NCBI RefSeq assembly: GCF_021028975.2 | Contig: NC_059431.1 | Location: 36,208,001-36,272,000, forward strand | Direction of reading: 5' to 3' | Source: Sphaerodactylus townsendi | Lineage: Eukaryota | Length of the DNA: 64,000 bases | Shown here: piece after piece, positions 60,343 to 64,000 of the stretch | Numbering within the stretch: position 1 is the first letter of the stretch | Layout: every line of letters begins with the position of its first letter | Program-made: the position numbers and the translations under genes | Notes under the pieces: generated by a model | What the model saw: the letters and a program-made list of their open reading frames with translations, nothing else | Told to the model about the DNA's origin: nothing | Database searches by the model: none

Positions 60343-61267
60343 CTGAAAGTCAGACAGGAAGGTAAAAGCTATTCAACTCAACAATAAGTAGCAGTGGCTT
60401 TTATTTTGCATTTTAAAAATTGAGTATCAACAAAAAACATATTGGCAAATCACACAGATTGCAAAATACACACCATGTTTTAACTCAAACTAAACTGATC
60501 ATAATAGTTACTATTCTGAAAATTATACAGTACTATGGGAAGAGAGAAACTTCTCCTGCTGAGGCAGTGGCGATAGCAGAACGATATGACGGACATGCTA
60601 CAGAAGCATGTAAACAGAAGAGATAGTTTAGGAGCCTTCCTCAGTATCTCCCCCGCCTCCACCGGCTGGATGTTTAAAATATCTGTACGCACAATTACTA
60701 GACTGGTTCCAAGTTTGTGAGGGGAGGCAGGGAGAGTGGCTAGGCCCCTCTCCTGTCTACTGTCACATCTCTGTTCAAAGCCCCACCCCCATACGTCTTT
60801 CCCCATCCATTGGCTTGTCTGCAAGCCCTCCTACTGCCTGCATTCCAAGTTGCATGCACACCTTTCCCCTAGTGGAACTGGACAGTGTATGAGGCTGGGA
60901 GCCACTGCTGAGCACCATTCACATGTCCATCCCCCTAACAATGCTACATAGCACATGCAACTGGAAGCGCAGATAGTAAGAAAAGGACATGCTGATAAGG
61001 ATCATAAATGGGAGGGCAGCAGCTGTGAGCCCCACCACAAGCCCTAAGCCCTCACAGCTGGCTCACCTCAGAATATGCTGATGCCAGCCCTGAACTCCAC
61101 TTACACATGAGGACAGATTGCTGCAGAATATCTTCTGACCCTTCAGCAAAACCCAAGTTGGGGGAAGGCAAAGATACAATTAAAATGTTTTATATAGAGG
61201 TTTGCCCAGACCTAGATAATCTAATGCCCTGAACAAACAATGAAACAAGTAGCCTGCGAATTTAAAG

Positions 61268-61590
61268 CAGAGGTCCCTAACCTATTGGCATTTTAGGCAT
61301 TCTGACACAGTGTGATGGGCATAGCCACAAAATAGCTGTTGCGGGTGGATCCAATCACAAAATGCTGCTGTGGCTTTCCTTCATTCAACCAGTGAAGATT
61401 TTTGTGCTGTGGTGCGAGGTACTGCCAAAGCATTGTTCTTAAAAATCTGAACAACCAATCAAGTTTCCAGCAGCCAGTCAGAAGCTTTGCTAGGCAAAAG
61501 CCCCACCCACTTTCTAAAGTATTTGGCAATCACCATGAAAGGTGTTGGTGGGTGCCATGGTCCCCAAAGTTACCATATTGAGGACTCTTG
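61268..61590. mobile_element. Old hAT-type element (inverted relative at about 58245-58686)
   Basis: cagaggtccctaacct / ttgaggactcttg ends, TSD atttaaag / atttaaaa. Confidence 0.55.
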
Positions 61591-61914
61591 ATTTAAAATA
61601 TAGACAGACACTATGGGGCTCTTGAATGAAGAGTATCCATTAGAACATGGAGTCAATATGGCTAAGTCCATATTCTTTTAAAGAAGCATATTCTTTTAAA
61701 GAATCCCAATCTAGGCTCCTTTAAGGCAATTTTCATATACTGTCCAATCTGAACACCACTACATAGCCCTCACTGTGACTGAAAGCTATGTACCTCTCAC
61801 TATAATTTTCTCTTTCATAGCATTCCTTGAATATAGCTTCCATACATACGCCTACATTATAGAATTTTTAAAATTAAAGTTAGCATTACAATCCTCCAAA
61901 TGCAGATTGCTTAC

Positions 61915-61998
61915 CTTGATGATAGAGGCAACATTCTTTTGAAGCACCTCAAGTCTTTCAGAGTAGGCTTTCCTTTGCTTATATCCTTTCCAGGATGC
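61915..61998 (-). CDS. IQGAP2: IQGAP2 exon (ASWKGYKQRKAYSERLEVLQKNVASIIK; IQ2)
   Basis: 84 nt, weak gaaaAG acceptor, GTaagc donor, phase 0-0. Confidence 0.9.
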
Positions 61999-63074
61999 CT
62001 TTTCAGGATTTTTTTTTAAAGAAGGAGGAGGAGGAAGATATCAGGATTATGATTCTAAATATTGATTCTGCCTAAATGTTTTTACAGTTTTGGTTGTGGA
62101 GAACCCCAAAACATATAGAGTGTTACTCAGCTTCAACTTCTACACCTTCAAGATTACACTCCCTGATCCAGTCAAAGCTCTAAAACCTATATAACTAACC
62201 ATGACCTGTCACCAGATGCTGGAAGAGATGCTCTTTGCTTTAGATGACCAGAATACCACCTTGTTGAGCTGCCACTGAAGACAAATGAATGCTCCCTACA
62301 GGCACAAAGTCAACATCTTCTTTTTTCTGAAACCCTCCCAGAGAAGCAAGGGAAAGTGGAATGGAATCTTTCCTTTGGGAAGAGATTCCGTTTGCTTTTA
62401 GATTTTAAACAAACGTAAAGGTTTTCTCTCCATATAGTTGTGATGTACCTGTCTGAGATGAGCTCAGAACTTAGCCAGTTAGTAGTAAGTGACCCAAAGC
62501 TGTTTTTCCCCCCCTGTTCTATTCAAAACCCTTTGAATTTTTTTCTACAGGAGCAAATAATCAAGCAGGCTCTAGGAAACATATCAGTGACCACTGTGGC
62601 ATCCCTGTACGCCACATTGAAGTTCTCTGGCCCAAAGAGTCACAAACATCCTCTGTCAATGTGCTGTAAGTATGATTCTTAAGCAGCACACAAGACACAG
62701 CCCTTATCAAATTGTAACACAGAGTCAGAGGTCAATTTGGACAAAAGCAAAGGCAGAACTTGCCAGAGTGTCTGGAAGGGGTCCCAATTAGCTACTTCCT
62801 GGCTATGACAGCCAGCAATTGGCTTTATGTCCATCTAATCCTTGACTGTCTCTATGATAAAGAACTCTAATTGTACAGTTATTAATGCTGTCTTACTGCA
62901 TATATGTTTATGTTTTCAGATAGAGGCCTTTAAAGGACATTTTTGGCCTCAACACAGAGACAACTTGTACACTTAAGGCTACAAATGTTAGTCTGTCTAA
63001 ACTCACTCAGCAATAAACTATTATTGTTTATTAACAGTCACATGCAATGCTGATGTTACTATAAATGACTATAC

Positions 63075-63245
63075 CTGTATTTTTATCACAGATGGCTCCT
63101 GGCTTTGAATGTATTCCTTTCTTTCCTTATATTTTTTCCTTACTAGGAATCCCCTTGCTTGAGCTTGCAGTTGAATGATCAGGTCCTCATTTGCAAACCA
63201 CAGCTGTTCTCTGTTGTAATCAGATGTAATCTGGCTAACAATATT
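63075..63245 (-). CDS. IQGAP2: IQGAP2 exon, first in window (NIVSQ...IIQLQAQARGFLVRKKY...VIKIQ; IQ1)
   Basis: 171 nt, tttttcctAG / GTatag, phase 0-0. The gene continues beyond the window end. Confidence 0.93.
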
Positions 63246-64000
63246 CTAGGAAAAAATAATTGTGGGGTGACACATAGTATAAGAAGCCAAGAAAAAATTA
63301 TCAGCCTCTAAATTGCAATTTTTCAGCTAAGACTAAAGCTCTCCACATGGCCTATACAACATTACTGATGATATGATTTTCTCATCTTAAAAATGATGCC
63401 AGGTCATTTATCAGTACATTTTACAACACCATGTTTCCCTGGTGTGTAAAAAAAACTTTGTATTGTTATTAGCTGAAAATGTCTGGTTGATTTTTAAGGC
63501 ATAAAATGCTGCAAAAGCCAAACTTAAAAGTGCCTAGAGCTCATTGCAAATGCTGCATACTTCAAAAGTGATGAAACATTTCAGGATTAACAAAACACAC
63601 CATAGCTCTGTCTTCAAGTCTGCATAATTCACTAATCCCAAAGAGTATTAGCCTGCCAACACAAGCTTGTATCACATCAATAGCCAAGACAAACCCACTT
63701 TTTAATAATGAGAACCTTCTTTCCTTGGCCACCTACAGGCAATCCTTATTTGCTACGGTCATTTTCAAGTCTGCAATAAGCTCTGCATAAAAATTAATAA
63801 GAAACTAGAACTGAAGAGAGATGAATGAAATCGTGTCTCACACTGTACTAATCTAGCAAATGAATTTGTACAATGGCATTTGTGCAGGATTTACACCATG
63901 AAAGCTATACAAGAATAAGCAGAGGATACTTCTAGTTTGCATTCTAGGTATCCATAAATGTTTATTGAAGGAAAAGTCATACTTTCATTTCCAAATGAAA

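Noticed and set aside
30984-64000. Nested F2RL2/PAR3 gene, or assignment to IQGAP1/IQGAP3
   Set aside because: No second GPCR ORF is present; F2RL2 is expected in a more 5' IQGAP2 intron outside the window. Sequence features (GEGAVDPND, KFMDTVIF, DMTAGGQ) and adjacency to F2R indicate IQGAP2.

Overview
Vertebrate genomic DNA, very probably from a squamate lizard; the repeat content looks gecko-like. Two genes lie on the minus strand in the mammalian order. The first is the last 20 coding exons of IQGAP2 (63245 down to the stop at 30984). These splice GT-AG in phase into 935 aa covering four IQ motifs, the GRD and the RGCT/CT. About 3.8 kb further on is a complete two-exon F2R/PAR1 gene (ATG 27193, stop 20626, 431 aa). 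Bases 1-20 kb are intergenic or 3'UTR, and the introns are dense with transposons. I could resolve ends and target sites for many of them: two non-autonomous Helitrons with shared ends but different interiors, a solo LTR, SPIN-type and other hAT MITEs, a Harbinger MITE, Tc2/pogo-like MITEs, CR1/RTE/L2 fragments, and tRNA/CORE and 5S-derived SINEs. Penelope-like fragments carry hammerhead-ribozyme remnants. I found no new protein-coding system. The best leads are an ungapped 166-bp copy of an IQGAP2 exon inside its own intron, the Helitron pair, the hammerhead remnants, a SPIN MITE directly behind the F2R stop codon, and lineage-specific changes in PAR1 and in IQGAP2 IQ1. Family names and human comparisons are from memory and need database confirmation.
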